DNA of 64,000 bases from an uncultured Clostridia bacterium (lineage in GTDB: Bacteria > Bacillota > Clostridia > Christensenellales > DTU072): NCBI GenBank assembly GCA_944372095.1, contig CALVYG010000003.1, forward strand, positions 21,347-85,346, in the 5' to 3' direction. Below the pieces are notes generated by a model. It made no database searches. It was not told where the DNA came from and saw only the letters and a list, made by a program, of their open reading frames with translations. The position numbers were made by a program, and so were the translations under genes. Below are positions 44,664 through 56,200 of the stretch, piece after piece; position 1 is the stretch's first letter, and each line of letters opens with the position of its first letter.

Positions 44664-45911
44664 ATGACTACCGCTTCTGAGTTGTCGCAATTTATCAAAG
44701 AAAACGACGTAAAATTCGTAAGGCTTTCTTTTATCGACCTTGACGGAAGGCAGAAGAATCTTTCGGTAATGGCGGAAGAACTCCCCCGCGTACTGAACAC
44801 GGGAGTTCCGTTCTCTGCCGCCGCGGCAGGATTTAACGGGGATTCCGGTGACGACCTGTTTCTTTTCCCCGACGTATCCACTCTGCATATTCTCCCTTGG
44901 CGGCCTCAACACGGACGTGTAGCGCGTTTTTTGAGTTTTATCAAACACTCAGACGGCAGAAAGGCTTATTTCGATTCACGCGCATTGCTTGCCGATGCTG
45001 TTTCCGAAATTCGCTCCGCGGGAATTTCCTGTGACCTCGGAACAGACTGCGAGTTTTATCTTTTCAAAACCGACGACGAGGGATTTCCCACCAAAAACAC
45101 TCACGATAACGCCGGCTATTTCGATATCGCACCTCTTGACAAAGGTGAAAATGTCCGTAGAGAAATCTGTTTGTGTCTTGAAGAAATGGGTATACGTCCG
45201 CTTTCTTCCCATCACGAACGAGGTCCGGGACAAAATGAAATAAATTTTGCCTCGACTCACGCTCTCGAAGCCTGCGACAATTATACCATTTTTCAGTCTG
45301 TGGTTAAAGCTATCGCCTCCCGTAACGGATTATTCGCTTCTTTTATGCCTAAACCCCTCGAAAACCGAAGCGGGAACGGCTTGGCACTGAACATTACTCC
45401 TTACAAAAATAAAACTCCTCTCTTTAATTCCGACAAACTTTCCCCGCTCGCGGAAAGTTTCGTTGCCGGTATACTGAACAGAGCGAAGGACACGGGACTG
45501 ATTTTTAATTCCTTCCCGAATTCTTACGAACGACTCGGAAAATTCGGCGCTCCCGATACGGCAGAATTCGGCGCTAAGCGCGGCGCGTTTATGCGACTCA
45601 CTTCAAAATACGGCGAACCTTGCCTTGAACTGCGCTCACCGGATAACGCCTGTAATTTATATATAGTGCTCACGCTCATTCTCAAAGCCGGATTTGAAGG
45701 TATAAAAAACGGTGAAAAATTGCCTTCTGCAAAAATTCTTTTACCTTCGTCTCTTTATCAGGCTATCGGTTTTGCAAAAAACAGCGAATTTCTTTATAAC
45801 GCACTCGGTAAAAATTATGTAGAGGATATTATTAACAGGAAAACCGTTCTTGCCGAAGAATACGAGTCGGACAAGGAACAATCAAATCAATCTGCTTTCG
45901 AAAGGATATAA
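44664..45911 (+). CDS. Glutamine synthetase family protein (GlnA/type I-like, short form, 415 aa)
   Basis: N-terminal beta-grasp VKFVRLSFIDLDGRQKNLSV; catalytic-domain pattern SSHHERGPGQNEINF, ASFMPKP...SGNGLALN. Confidence 0.75.
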   Translation: MTTASELSQFIKENDVKFVRLSFIDLDGRQKNLSVMAEELPRVLNTGVPFSAAAAGFNGDSGDDLFLFPDVSTLHILPWRPQHGRVARFLSFIKHSDGRKAYFDSRALLADAVSEIRSAGISCDLGTDCEFYLFKTDDEGFPTKNTHDNAGYFDIAPLDKGENVRREICLCLEEMGIRPLSSHHERGPGQNEINFASTHALEACDNYTIFQSVVKAIASRNGLFASFMPKPLENRSGNGLALNITPYKNKTPLFNSDKLSPLAESFVAGILNRAKDTGLIFNSFPNSYERLGKFGAPDTAEFGAKRGAFMRLTSKYGEPCLELRSPDNACNLYIVLTLILKAGFEGIKNGEKLPSAKILLPSSLYQAIGFAKNSEFLYNALGKNYVEDIINRKTVLAEEYESDKEQSNQSAFERI

Positions 45912-45919
45912 GGAACTTT

Positions 45920-46489
45920 ATGCTCAGCGCACTTATTGTTTCCGCAAGTAAATCGATGACGGATTTTTTTATAGGTATGCTTGCGAGAATAACCTACGAA
46001 GAACCTGTAACGGTTAAAACCTGCGGAGAAGCACGCAGAATTCTCGTCGAACGCCCTTTTGATTTGTGCATAATAAATTCCCCTCTTCCCGACGAAACGG
46101 GATATAAGCTTTCTACCGACATAATAGGAGCAAAAGCCAATCAGGTTATTCTTGTTTTGAAACAGGACGTATCGTACGAAATATCCGCAAAGGTTGAAGA
46201 TTACGGCGTATTTACCGTAGAAAAACCTGTTTCGTCCGTCACATTCTGGACCGCTCTGAAAATGGCTGCCGCTTCTTACAGAAGACTTAACGCCGTTGAA
46301 AACGAAAACGAAAATTTAAAGCGTAAACTTAACGAACTTAAACTTATTAACCGCGCAAAATGCCTGCTTATTGAAAAAGAAAATCTTACGGAAGAAGAGG
46401 CACATAAAAAAATCGAACGCGACGCCATGCGGTACCGCCTTTCAAAAGTCCGTATCGCTGACGAAATTATAAACCAATACGAAGATTAA
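45920..46489 (+). CDS. Response-regulator receiver + ANTAR RNA-binding antiterminator
   Basis: REC-like N-terminal half (FDLCIINSPLPDETG). The C-terminus LKLINRAKCLLIEKENLTEEEAHKKIERDAMRYRLSKVRIADEII is the ANTAR signature. Confidence 0.85.
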   Translation: MLSALIVSASKSMTDFFIGMLARITYEEPVTVKTCGEARRILVERPFDLCIINSPLPDETGYKLSTDIIGAKANQVILVLKQDVSYEISAKVEDYGVFTVEKPVSSVTFWTALKMAAASYRRLNAVENENENLKRKLNELKLINRAKCLLIEKENLTEEEAHKKIERDAMRYRLSKVRIADEIINQYED

Positions 46490-46510
46490 ATTATACGGAA
46501 GGAAAAAAAG

Positions 46511-48130
46511 ATGACTAAATTCATATTTGTTACAGGCGGAGTTGTATCGGGCCTCGGTAAAGGTATTACCGCCGCATCGCTGGGACGTTTACTTAAACAA
46601 CGCGGATTGAAAGTTGCCGCTCAGAAACTCGACCCGTATATGAACGTTGACCCGGGAACAATGAGCCCTTATCAGCACGGTGAAGTTTTTGTTACCGACG
46701 ACGGCGCGGAAACAGACCTTGATTTAGGACATTACGAGAGGTTTATCGATGAGAACCTGAACCGGTACAGTAACCTCACTTCGGGCAAAGTATACTGGAC
46801 CGTTCTTAACAAAGAACGACGGGGTGAATATCTGGGCGAAACCGTTCAGATTATTCCTCATGTCACAAACGAAATAAAATCCTTTATTCTTAAAAACGCA
46901 GAAGTAACAAAAGCCGATGTTATGATAACCGAAATCGGCGGAACAATCGGAGATATCGAATCGCAGCCGTTCATTGAAGCCATACGTCAGCTTTCCATAG
47001 AAACAGGTCGGCGTAATTGTCTGTTCATACACGTCTGCCTTGTTCCTTATATATCGGGTTCCGACGAATTCAAATCCAAACCGACTCAACATTCCGTTAA
47101 AGAATTACAGGCTATGGGAATTCATCCCGACATAATCGTAACCCGCTCCGACAAAGACGTAGGAGAAGATATAAGAAAGAAAATTTCTTTATTCTGCAAC
47201 GTGGAAAAAGATTGCGTTATTTCCAATACAACTCTTGATTGCCTGTACGAAGTACCTCTCATGCTCCACAACGAAAAAATGGACGAAGTCGTATGCCGCG
47301 AGCTCGGAATAGACGCCCCCGAAGCCGACCTTACCCAATGGAAAGCCATGGTTGATTCCGTTCACTCCCGTAAAGGGCAGGTCGTTATTGCTCTTGTCGG
47401 GAAATACGTAAAACTTCACGATTCCTATCTGTCGGTAATCGAAGCTCTTAACCACGCAAGCTTTGCATGCGGAAAGGTTCTGAAAATCAGATGGGTTGAC
47501 AGCGACTCCGTCACGGACGTTACCGCGAAAGACGTTTTTGCCGGTTGCGACGGAATTATAGTCCCCGGCGGATTCGGCGACCGCGGCATAGAAGGAATGA
47601 TTTGGTCATGCCGCTATGCACGCGAAAATAACATTCCTTATTTCGGTATTTGTTTAGGTATGCAAATTGCCGTTATGGAGTATTCAAGACACGTTTTAGG
47701 ATACCTTGACGCCACCAGTACGGAATTTGATAAAAACACGGCGCATCCCGTTATAGACCTCATGCCCGACCAGAAAGGAGTCATAAAAGGCGGAACTATG
47801 CGCCTTGGCGCATACCTGTGTTTGATTTCCGACGGCTCGGTTATGATGAAATGTTACGGCGAAAATCTTATTTCCGAAAGACACCGTCACCGTTTCGAAT
47901 ATAATAACGTTTACCGCAACGAACTTATCTCAGCCGGACTTTCGGTATGCGGAACTTCACCTGACGGCAAACTTGTCGAAGCCGTTGAAATCTCTGACAG
48001 GGATTTCTTCATCGGCGTTCAGTTCCACCCTGAATTCAAAAGCAGACCCAATAAACCTCATCCGCTTTTTGTCGGATTCGTTAAAGCTTCCGATAAATTC
48101 GGTTGCAATAACTCGCTTAAACATCAATAA
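46511..48130 (+). CDS. pyrG: CTP synthase
   Basis: [51 protein letters not shown], and the GATase part GICLGMQ...HRHRFE. Confidence 0.97.
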   Translation: MTKFIFVTGGVVSGLGKGITAASLGRLLKQRGLKVAAQKLDPYMNVDPGTMSPYQHGEVFVTDDGAETDLDLGHYERFIDENLNRYSNLTSGKVYWTVLNKERRGEYLGETVQIIPHVTNEIKSFILKNAEVTKADVMITEIGGTIGDIESQPFIEAIRQLSIETGRRNCLFIHVCLVPYISGSDEFKSKPTQHSVKELQAMGIHPDIIVTRSDKDVGEDIRKKISLFCNVEKDCVISNTTLDCLYEVPLMLHNEKMDEVVCRELGIDAPEADLTQWKAMVDSVHSRKGQVVIALVGKYVKLHDSYLSVIEALNHASFACGKVLKIRWVDSDSVTDVTAKDVFAGCDGIIVPGGFGDRGIEGMIWSCRYARENNIPYFGICLGMQIAVMEYSRHVLGYLDATSTEFDKNTAHPVIDLMPDQKGVIKGGTMRLGAYLCLISDGSVMMKCYGENLISERHRHRFEYNNVYRNELISAGLSVCGTSPDGKLVEAVEISDRDFFIGVQFHPEFKSRPNKPHPLFVGFVKASDKFGCNNSLKHQ

Positions 48131-49001
48131 TTCTGCGTCCGCAAATAAAATACGAATCGCGCGTTTGGCTTATTTTTTCTATTACCGCATGGTCGGAAGC
48201 CGTATGTAATATGTATCCGTCACCGAGATACAACGCTACGTGCCCTATCCGTTCCGTTCCCGTCTTATAGTACCTCGACGCATTCGTAAAAAACATCAGG
48301 TCGCCTCTTTTCAGGTCGGCTTTTTCAACTTCCTTTCCCTGGTATACCTGCGTACGCGTGTTTATCTGTAAAACTTCGTCCGCGCCGTAATAGAAAATAT
48401 ATTGCATCAGCGAAGAACAGTCAAACTCGGTTATGTCGAAACTTTTAATTAAATTACCGTACCCGTCGTGCAGTCTTACAGCGCCGTAAACATACTCCGT
48501 TCCGAGTAATTCGCAGCCTGTTTCTATTACCTTTTCAATCCTGTCGTCGGTTTTATCCGTTTCGTAAAGCTCGGTATAGATTTCGGATGCGGAAATATAT
48601 GCGTCTACTCCTTTATAAACAGTTTTATACCACCCGTCCTCTTTTCCCGTATACATCACCATATCGCCTTTATCGAGCATTCCGAGCGTACCGTACCCTG
48701 TTCCGGCTCCTTTCCTGACGTTCAATCCGTTACATTTTGAACGGATATAAACCGCTTTACCGATATTTGACGGTAAACTGTCATCTACCGTTGTTTCTCC
48801 GCCTGTCGGTATTTCTGTTCCGCTATCTTCGTTTTTACCGTCTTCCGTTTCATCTGCCGTCGCTCCGTTTTCTGCCGGTTTTTCGTTCTCATATCTGCCT
48901 TTCACATCGGTATCGGTTTCTTCCGCACGGGTGCAGCCGAACAGAGACAATCCCGAAAAAACGAATAAAAAAATAAGACTTAACGTTAAAATCTTCTTCA
49001 T
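48117..49001 (-). CDS. Lipoprotein with SH3-like domain and C-terminal NlpC/P60 (C40) peptidoglycan endopeptidase domain
   Basis: ATG 49001 ([23 protein letters not shown], a lipobox) follows GGAGAAAA; the track start 49037 would overlap a terminator hairpin. NlpC/P60 motifs: [32 protein letters not shown]. Confidence 0.85.
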   Translation of the reverse strand: MKKILTLSLIFLFVFSGLSLFGCTRAEETDTDVKGRYENEKPAENGATADETEDGKNEDSGTEIPTGGETTVDDSLPSNIGKAVYIRSKCNGLNVRKGAGTGYGTLGMLDKGDMVMYTGKEDGWYKTVYKGVDAYISASEIYTELYETDKTDDRIEKVIETGCELLGTEYVYGAVRLHDGYGNLIKSFDITEFDCSSLMQYIFYYGADEVLQINTRTQVYQGKEVEKADLKRGDLMFFTNASRYYKTGTERIGHVALYLGDGYILHTASDHAVIEKISQTRDSYFICGRRIIDV

Positions 49002-49021
49002 GCGTTTTTCTCCTTTATCGC

Positions 49022-49069
49022 AAAAAAATAATACCACACAAAAAGGGAACTTTTTGGTGGTATTTTTTT
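49022..49069. terminator. Bidirectional intrinsic terminator (ends rmuC on the minus strand)
   Basis: AAAAAAAT-ATACCACACAAAAAG-GGAAC-TTTTTGGTGGTAT-TTTTTTT, with an A-tract and a T-tract flanking a ~13-bp stem. Confidence 0.7.
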
Positions 49070-49093
49070 ACATTAAGCTGAAATTAAGACTTT

Positions 49094-50272
49094 TTATTCG
49101 ATTTCCGAAACAGATTCGGGAAGCGCTATACGTTCCGCTTTATCCAATGTATTCATTATTTTTACGGTTTTTTGGTTCAAATCGTCAAGCGTTCTTCCCA
49201 CTGTTCCGATTTGTCTCTGCGCATTTTCTATTACTCCCGAATATTTAATGAAATCCGCTCTGAATTTTATCAGCAAGTCAAAAACTTCTCTGCTTGATTT
49301 CTGCACCGCAAGCGTTCTGAATCCCAATTGCAGGCTGTTTAAGAGCGCGGTTACGGTCGTAGGCCCTACCGGAATTACTTTGTATTTTCTGCTGAGTTCT
49401 TCCAATAATCCGGGATTTCTCGCTACTTCCGCGTACAATCCCTCTATCGGAAGATACATTAACGCAAAATCTACCGTTTTTGGCGGTAAAATATAATTTT
49501 CTCTGATACTCCTTGCCTGAATTTTAATGGCGTTTTCCAACGCTTTTACCGCTTCCGCCACCGCCGCCTGGTTGCCCGACTCTGACGCCGACACCAATCT
49601 CTGATAGTCTTCTAACGGGAATTTCGCGTCTATCGGAAGATATACCTTTTCCTCTTCTTTCTTTCCGGGCATCACCACCGCGAAATCCACTACACGGCGG
49701 CTTTCTCCCGTTCTCCCTAAATTAAGCTGTGATTTATATTGCTCCGTAGTGAAAATGTTGTCCAGTATATTTAATAAACTTGTTTCTCCGTATACGCCTC
49801 TTGTTTTTACGTTGCCGAGAATTCTTCTTAAATCCGTTACGCCGCTTGTTAGACTCTGCATCTCACCTAGTCCTTTATTGACTGCGTCCAGTCTTTCGTT
49901 AATCGCTTTTACCGTCTCCCCCAGCCTTTCGCTTAACGCACTTGTCAGTTTTTCTTCGACAACCTGACGCATTTCTCCGAGCCTTTTTTCGTTATCCTCT
50001 CTGATTTCTCCGAGATTTTTGTCAAGCGAAACGCGCATCTCTCCGATGCGCTTTTCATTGTTTTCCAAAACCGTATTTATATTCTGCGTAACGGCTTCCA
50101 GCGTCGTTTTTACTCCGCCTATCAGCGCGTTGTTCGATACGGTTGTTGCCGTATTTACGGTTTCTTTTATCGATTTATCCATTTGCCGCATTTCTTCGGC
50201 AAGTCTGTCCACCTTTTCACTGAGTTCTTTCTGTTTTGCAAGTATCTTCTTTTTCCCGAATATAAAACACAT
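49094..50272 (-). CDS. rmuC: DNA recombination protein RmuC
   Basis: Long N-terminal coiled coil, then VDFAVVMPGK...YLPIDAKFPLEDY...VDFALMYLPIEGLY...KVIPVGPTTVTALL, the RmuC nuclease-like signature. Confidence 0.85.
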   Translation of the reverse strand: MCFIFGKKKILAKQKELSEKVDRLAEEMRQMDKSIKETVNTATTVSNNALIGGVKTTLEAVTQNINTVLENNEKRIGEMRVSLDKNLGEIREDNEKRLGEMRQVVEEKLTSALSERLGETVKAINERLDAVNKGLGEMQSLTSGVTDLRRILGNVKTRGVYGETSLLNILDNIFTTEQYKSQLNLGRTGESRRVVDFAVVMPGKKEEEKVYLPIDAKFPLEDYQRLVSASESGNQAAVAEAVKALENAIKIQARSIRENYILPPKTVDFALMYLPIEGLYAEVARNPGLLEELSRKYKVIPVGPTTVTALLNSLQLGFRTLAVQKSSREVFDLLIKFRADFIKYSGVIENAQRQIGTVGRTLDDLNQKTVKIMNTLDKAERIALPESVSEIE

Positions 50273-50291
50273 CTTCTTTCGTTTCGCTCTT

Positions 50292-53200
50292 TTATTTGAT
50301 TTTATTCCCTTTCGGTATACCCTTGACTCCCTTTCTGTAAATCGAATTGCGGTATGCCTTATTATAACTGTTCAGGAATTTTCTGTGACGGATTCCCGCT
50401 ATTATTACAACAAGTATCACTATTCCGAACAGAGCCGCCCCGATATATATAAGATATCTCAACATCTTTGTGTCAAGTTCCAATCCGAGAATGGTTCCGT
50501 AAGTTCCTTCCGTTGTGGCGGATTGCTGCATTTCCGCTTTTACGCACAACACATATGTCGAAAGTTCTTCCGTATCGAATTTTACCGTTCTTCCGTCGGG
50601 TTGAATTTCCGTTCCGTTTATAAGTTTAACGCTTCCGTCGTCGGATAGTTCGTACACCGAGAAATATATGTAATTCCTGTAATCTTCCGCTATCGGCAGC
50701 GTTACGGTTATATCGCTTGCGCTGGTCTGAGAATATGCGCCGTCAAGCGCTATTCTGTATATCGACACAACCGTTCTCGGCTGAGTTTCCGAAACCGTCT
50801 TTGCCAGCATTGCCTGCGCGTTCGTATACGTGTCGGTGGTCGAACCGTACTCCGTTACGTTTATCGTCGCTCCGGGCGCGAAATCTCCGTCTATCGATAC
50901 TCCGAGGTCTTCGTCTATCAATAACAATACTTCGCACGATTCTTTCAAATCCATCAGCTTGTTATACAGGTTTGACGTAAAACATGCTCGTTGGTCAAGC
51001 GTAAGATTCTTATATTCGTCGTACACCCTTAATATATCCTCGTAATCCTCACGCTCTACCATATTTATTGCCGGCAAAGCTATTACGTTGTCTTCCGTCT
51101 TTTCCACTTCGTCCATAAGCGCCTGTAACTTCCCGAACTGCGTCAGGAAATTCTGATAATACGCATAATATTTGCTTGTGGAATCTCCCGTTATCGCATC
51201 CTGTATCCAACCTTTTCCGTATATCTCGTAATCGTTGAACGTTTGCATATAATCATACATTTCGGCATAATCGCTTCTGAGCTCGAAACTCGTCCTGTTA
51301 TACAGTCTTTCAAGATAATCCTGATATCCTTGTATTTCCTTTCTGAGCGTATTTTCTCTGTCGTTAAGACGTGAAATAAGGTTTTCAAAATACCCTATTC
51401 TGCTTGAATCCATATAAATACGGGCTTTATCGAGTGCGGCTTCATATGCGTCCACCTGCGCAAGGTCTTCGTCAGTAAGCGTCAGATTGTTTACCGTAAG
51501 CCTGAACGGCAGCACGTAAAAATCTATGCTCGCTTCGTTTCCGGCATAATCTTTCACATATACCCTTACATACCCTCTGTACTCTTCTCCGGTGTTCTTA
51601 TCGTACCTTGTGGAATTGTCTACGCTGCTCGTGCTGAGGATATATCCTTTCGGTGAAAACGCAAAACCTCTCGTTTCCTCTTTTATTGTGATATATTCGC
51701 AGATTTCTATGTTCGCTTCTTCCACATATACCCTTAAATCGATATAATATTCTTCTCCCTGAATTACGTTCATTCCGCCGTCAAAACGTATTATCGGCGG
51801 CGTGGTATCGATATTGATAACGAATTCGGATACATACGTCAATCCCGATTTTGACGTCGCCGTAACCGTTATTACGCAAGATTCCGACCTTTCGATTGAC
51901 CCGACGGAATCGCTCCACCTTGTCGGTTCGCTCTCGGCGGCCGTGCTGTCTTTATTCTTTACGGTATACCAATATTCCACTTCCGATACGTTTTGCGCTA
52001 TCGTGCTCTTTGAAACGCTAACGGTGTCTTTATTCGTCCATTGTCCGCTCGATATAAGTTCCGTTACGCTCGATTGCTGCCTGAACGCCTGCCCTGTTAG
52101 CGCAAATTCCGGCACTACCTGGTCTACAGCTATTCTTACTTTCTCTTGCGTATGTAGCTGCGACGTGCTGTTTCCGATTGCGGTTATCGTCAGTACCGCG
52201 TCTCTGTTCAGATTGAATCCGTCCAGCGTATCCGTGCTGAACAACGTATAGTTTGTAAGTTTCTTTCCGTAAGAACCTTCTTCCGCAGTCGAAATTATGG
52301 ACGAACCGTCGTTGTATTCAAGGTAGTACATATACGTGATTCCGCTTGCGGGCATTTTTATCGTATTTATCTGTATCGTTATCGGTCCGCTTGACCATTT
52401 TACGGGGTCTTTCGTCAAATCCGCTTCCCCGCCGTAATACGATAAATTGTCTTTGTCCAGAAGTATTACTTCAAATTCGGGCTCCGTGTTTTCCATTGCG
52501 ATATATACGTTTCCGTAAACTTTCGTCGCTCCGGCTTTATTCCTTGCCCTGAACATAAACACTCCGTTTACGCCGTTATCAAACGGCAGGCTCCCGTCCG
52601 CATCGACGTATTCTCTCAATATGTCGGGACTGAACGACAGCGTGACGTCTTCTCCCGAACTGAACCATCTTTCAACTCCGTAATCCAGATAGTTATACCA
52701 GCTTAACCCGTTATCCAGACTGAATTGGAACATAATATAGTCGGATTCGCCGGTAGGCGCTACGCTTCCCGTTCCCGACGCAAATATGTATACGTTATCT
52801 TTCCAAAGATATGTGAACATTCCCGTCTGTTCGCTGTATATACCGTTTTGCTCGTCATACCTTAGCGACCCCTCTATTTCGCTCGGGTCGCACACAAATT
52901 TATATACCCGGGACAGCTTGACCGCTCCGCTTGACAATTCTTCCGCTCCGAGCGCTTCCGTTCCGACCTCGTTTATGGCGTACAGTCCGTAATACACCGT
53001 CGAATATGTGTTGTCGGAAATCGTTATTCCGGCAGATTCGAACATCCCTGCCGAATTGCTTCCCAATAAGTTAAAATCGGTTTTGTTGTAGTTAAGTTCC
53101 GTTACTTCCGCGCCGAGAGGCAGATAATAGAAACTTATCTTCGAGCGGGAATCGTCCGTAACACTTCTCAAACTTATTTCTTCGGTACTGTAATAAGTCA

Positions 53201-56200
53201 GTACGGTAATTTCTTCTCCGCCGACATTCATAGTACTCATATCCCCTCTTACGCCTTCGGCAAAATCCGCCGACGGCGTACGCGAATATGTTATTGCCTC
53301 GTCGATGTCGGGCGTGGTATTGTCTATTTTGATTCCCATTACCGACGCCGCTTCCTGCTTGCTCCGATATCCCGCTCCGTTGCATACCGATACGGCGATA
53401 TATCCTGAATATCCTTCGTCGGAAAACGGCAGCGTGAATTCGTAACTGTATGAATCTTCATATTCGACAAGCAGTCCGTTGTCGACCTGTATCCACCCGA
53501 CCGACGGAATTCCGCCGCTCAAAGTTGACAGTCTCATATAGTAAAACGTATATGAGGAATCTATTTTTAATCCGCCGACTTCGTCGGTCTTAATTTCCAT
53601 TGTAACGAGAAGTCTTCCTTTTACCCACTGTCCCGCCTGCATCTGCTCGGTAACGTCGGTTCCGTTGTCGTCAGCTTCGAGTTCGTACGTTATTACAAGA
53701 TTTTTTGTGTCGTAATGCAGTTTTATTACATAGGGCCCCGCTTTTATCGCGCTCCCTTTAAAATCTCTCGCCGTACTTTCAATGAATATTGCGATATATA
53801 TATCTCCGATGCTGTCCGCGGGAATGGCTATCGGCATTGTTTCGCCTGCCGCTATCGTCACAAAATATGCTTCGGTAAGGTTTTGCGCATAATCGAGCAG
53901 CTGGTCTCCGTTCATTCCTTCGCCGTCAAAAAGCTGATATTTTATTATATAATGGTCTTCCGTATTTTCCCTGTCTATACTGCTTGCGAAAACAAAATTA
54001 GTATCTTCGCACACCGAGAACCCGTAATCGCTCATATCTATGTATCTCTGTCCGCTTGCTCCGCTTATTTCAACCTTTTCGTCTTTATCTCCGCTTACGG
54101 CATTGAATTCGCTTACCGCTATTACGTCGGATGTGTCGATATTCGCGGTAAAATCGGCGTCCGTATATTTCCCGCTGTTTGTATAAATTCGATATTTATA
54201 TTCCTTGCTTCCGATATATATTTTCTCCCCGGCGCCGATTTCTTCGTTAAGATTCAGCGTTATACGGTAAATATACCATTGCCATTCAACGCCGTTTTCA
54301 TCCTTTTCAAGCACCGTTTCCGTAACCGTCATCTGTTGATTTCTCGGCTGCCAGACTATCTCTCCCGTCTGTTCGTCTTTTAAAATCTCTCCGTTTTCGG
54401 TTGCATAAATCATTTCCTTAACGTAAATTCCGCTTACGCTTTCCCTGACTTTCAGCACAAGAACAATCTGTCCGTTCACCCACCCGGGGTTTTCCACGTC
54501 GAGATATATGTAATCTTCCTGCGGAATATTTTCCGTAGGATGAATGTATGCCGACAGATTATAAACGGGTTGCAGAACGTCAATACGGATTTTATCGTCG
54601 GTGGTTTCCGTATTTGCGCTGCGCTTTCCCGCAGCATTCTTCGCATAAATGGAAAACGTACTGTCCGCGCTTGCAACAAGGTCGAACTCGTACCACCACC
54701 TGACTTCGCTTTCTTTTTCTTCGTGGAACTCAACCGCGCGGCCGCGCGCCGACATTTCTCCGCCCACGGCATTGGTCGCCTGGTAATAGAAATCGTATAT
54801 CGTGGTCGGTATGCTGTACGTCCCGTCCGTGCCTCTTTTGCTGTCCGTAGGCACGCTCACCCTTATAACGGCTTTGTCCGCTATCCAGCCCGATGAATTT
54901 ATTTCCGCGGTTACTTCCCCCAGTTCTATCAGATACGCGCTTTTTATAAGCGTAAACGTAGCTTCCGCTTCGTCGCTTATCAGCCCCGCATTGCTCATTA
55001 TACGGAATTTGAACGTTCTGGTAACGCTTATCAGCTCTTTTGTGCTTGCGGTTAAAACATATCCCTTTTCTCCCGTCGGAGACTGTACCTGCGTGGTCAT
55101 ATTCCGCCAGTTCCCGGAATATATTCCGTCTATTTTTTCCTGATACTGGAATACCGTTCCGCTTGCGTTGTTGATTGCCGCGCCAGATGCGTTTCTGTTA
55201 TATACATAGACTTCTATATCCCCGTTCGCATATCCGAAAGATATCGTTCCGAACGCGTCTTTCGTCGCGGTAAGCGTTTTCTTTTTGGTATCGTCGTCCG
55301 GGTCCGTCGTTGCCGCGCTCAGGTCTACGTTGGGCTTTGCAGCGTCGATGTTTACGTTAAACGCGGTTCCGTATTCGTACACAAGCCCCGCTTCGTTCGT
55401 TGCTCGGAATTTTATCGAACCCGTCGTCGTCGTAAACGTATTGCTTTCTATCGCGTCGATGTAGTCTCCTCCTCCCACCGATACCGTATACGTTACGTTA
55501 CTGCAACATTTACTCACGTTCTGTAACGAAAACGTCACCTGCTTGCTCGTCCAGGAATTGTTTACGTATTCAATACGGTTCCCCGATAAATCCACAGTTT
55601 CCGCCGTTACGTTGAATTCGGGAAGATACGGGTCCATTTTTACGGGATATTCTCCCTCGGCTTCGCCGTATTTCCATATGTCTTCCTTCGTATTCGACAC
55701 GTTTGTTACGCGGAACCATATTACCTGACTTACCAACGCTCTGTTTTTTATTTCGATAATGTTGGTATTCGTCACGGGTATATAGTTTTTGCCGTTGTCG
55801 ACGGAATAAGAAAGAAGTTCTTTCTTGGGGTCAAACGCCTGTCCGCCGCCCTCTTCCATAAGTCCTGTCGTTATTTCGAACGTTATTGACGACGAAAGCC
55901 ATCTTCCGTCATACGGATTTCCTCCCGGCATTCTTGCCTTTACTCCCGCAATCGTCGGGACGTAATCGGACGCGCTTACGGTATATTTAAGTTCGAATTC
56001 CGTCGGATAATATTCAATCACGTTGGAAACGGTTCCGCTTCCCGTCGCAACCGTATATTCTCTGCGGAAATACACATATCCGTAAAAACTTACGTTCGCG
56101 TCAGTTTCCGCCCATATATACGTAACTTCCGCTCCGTCTTCGGTTACATCGACTTTATTTTCGTTTTTATTTATCGTTATCCAGGTTGCGCCGAGTTTAT

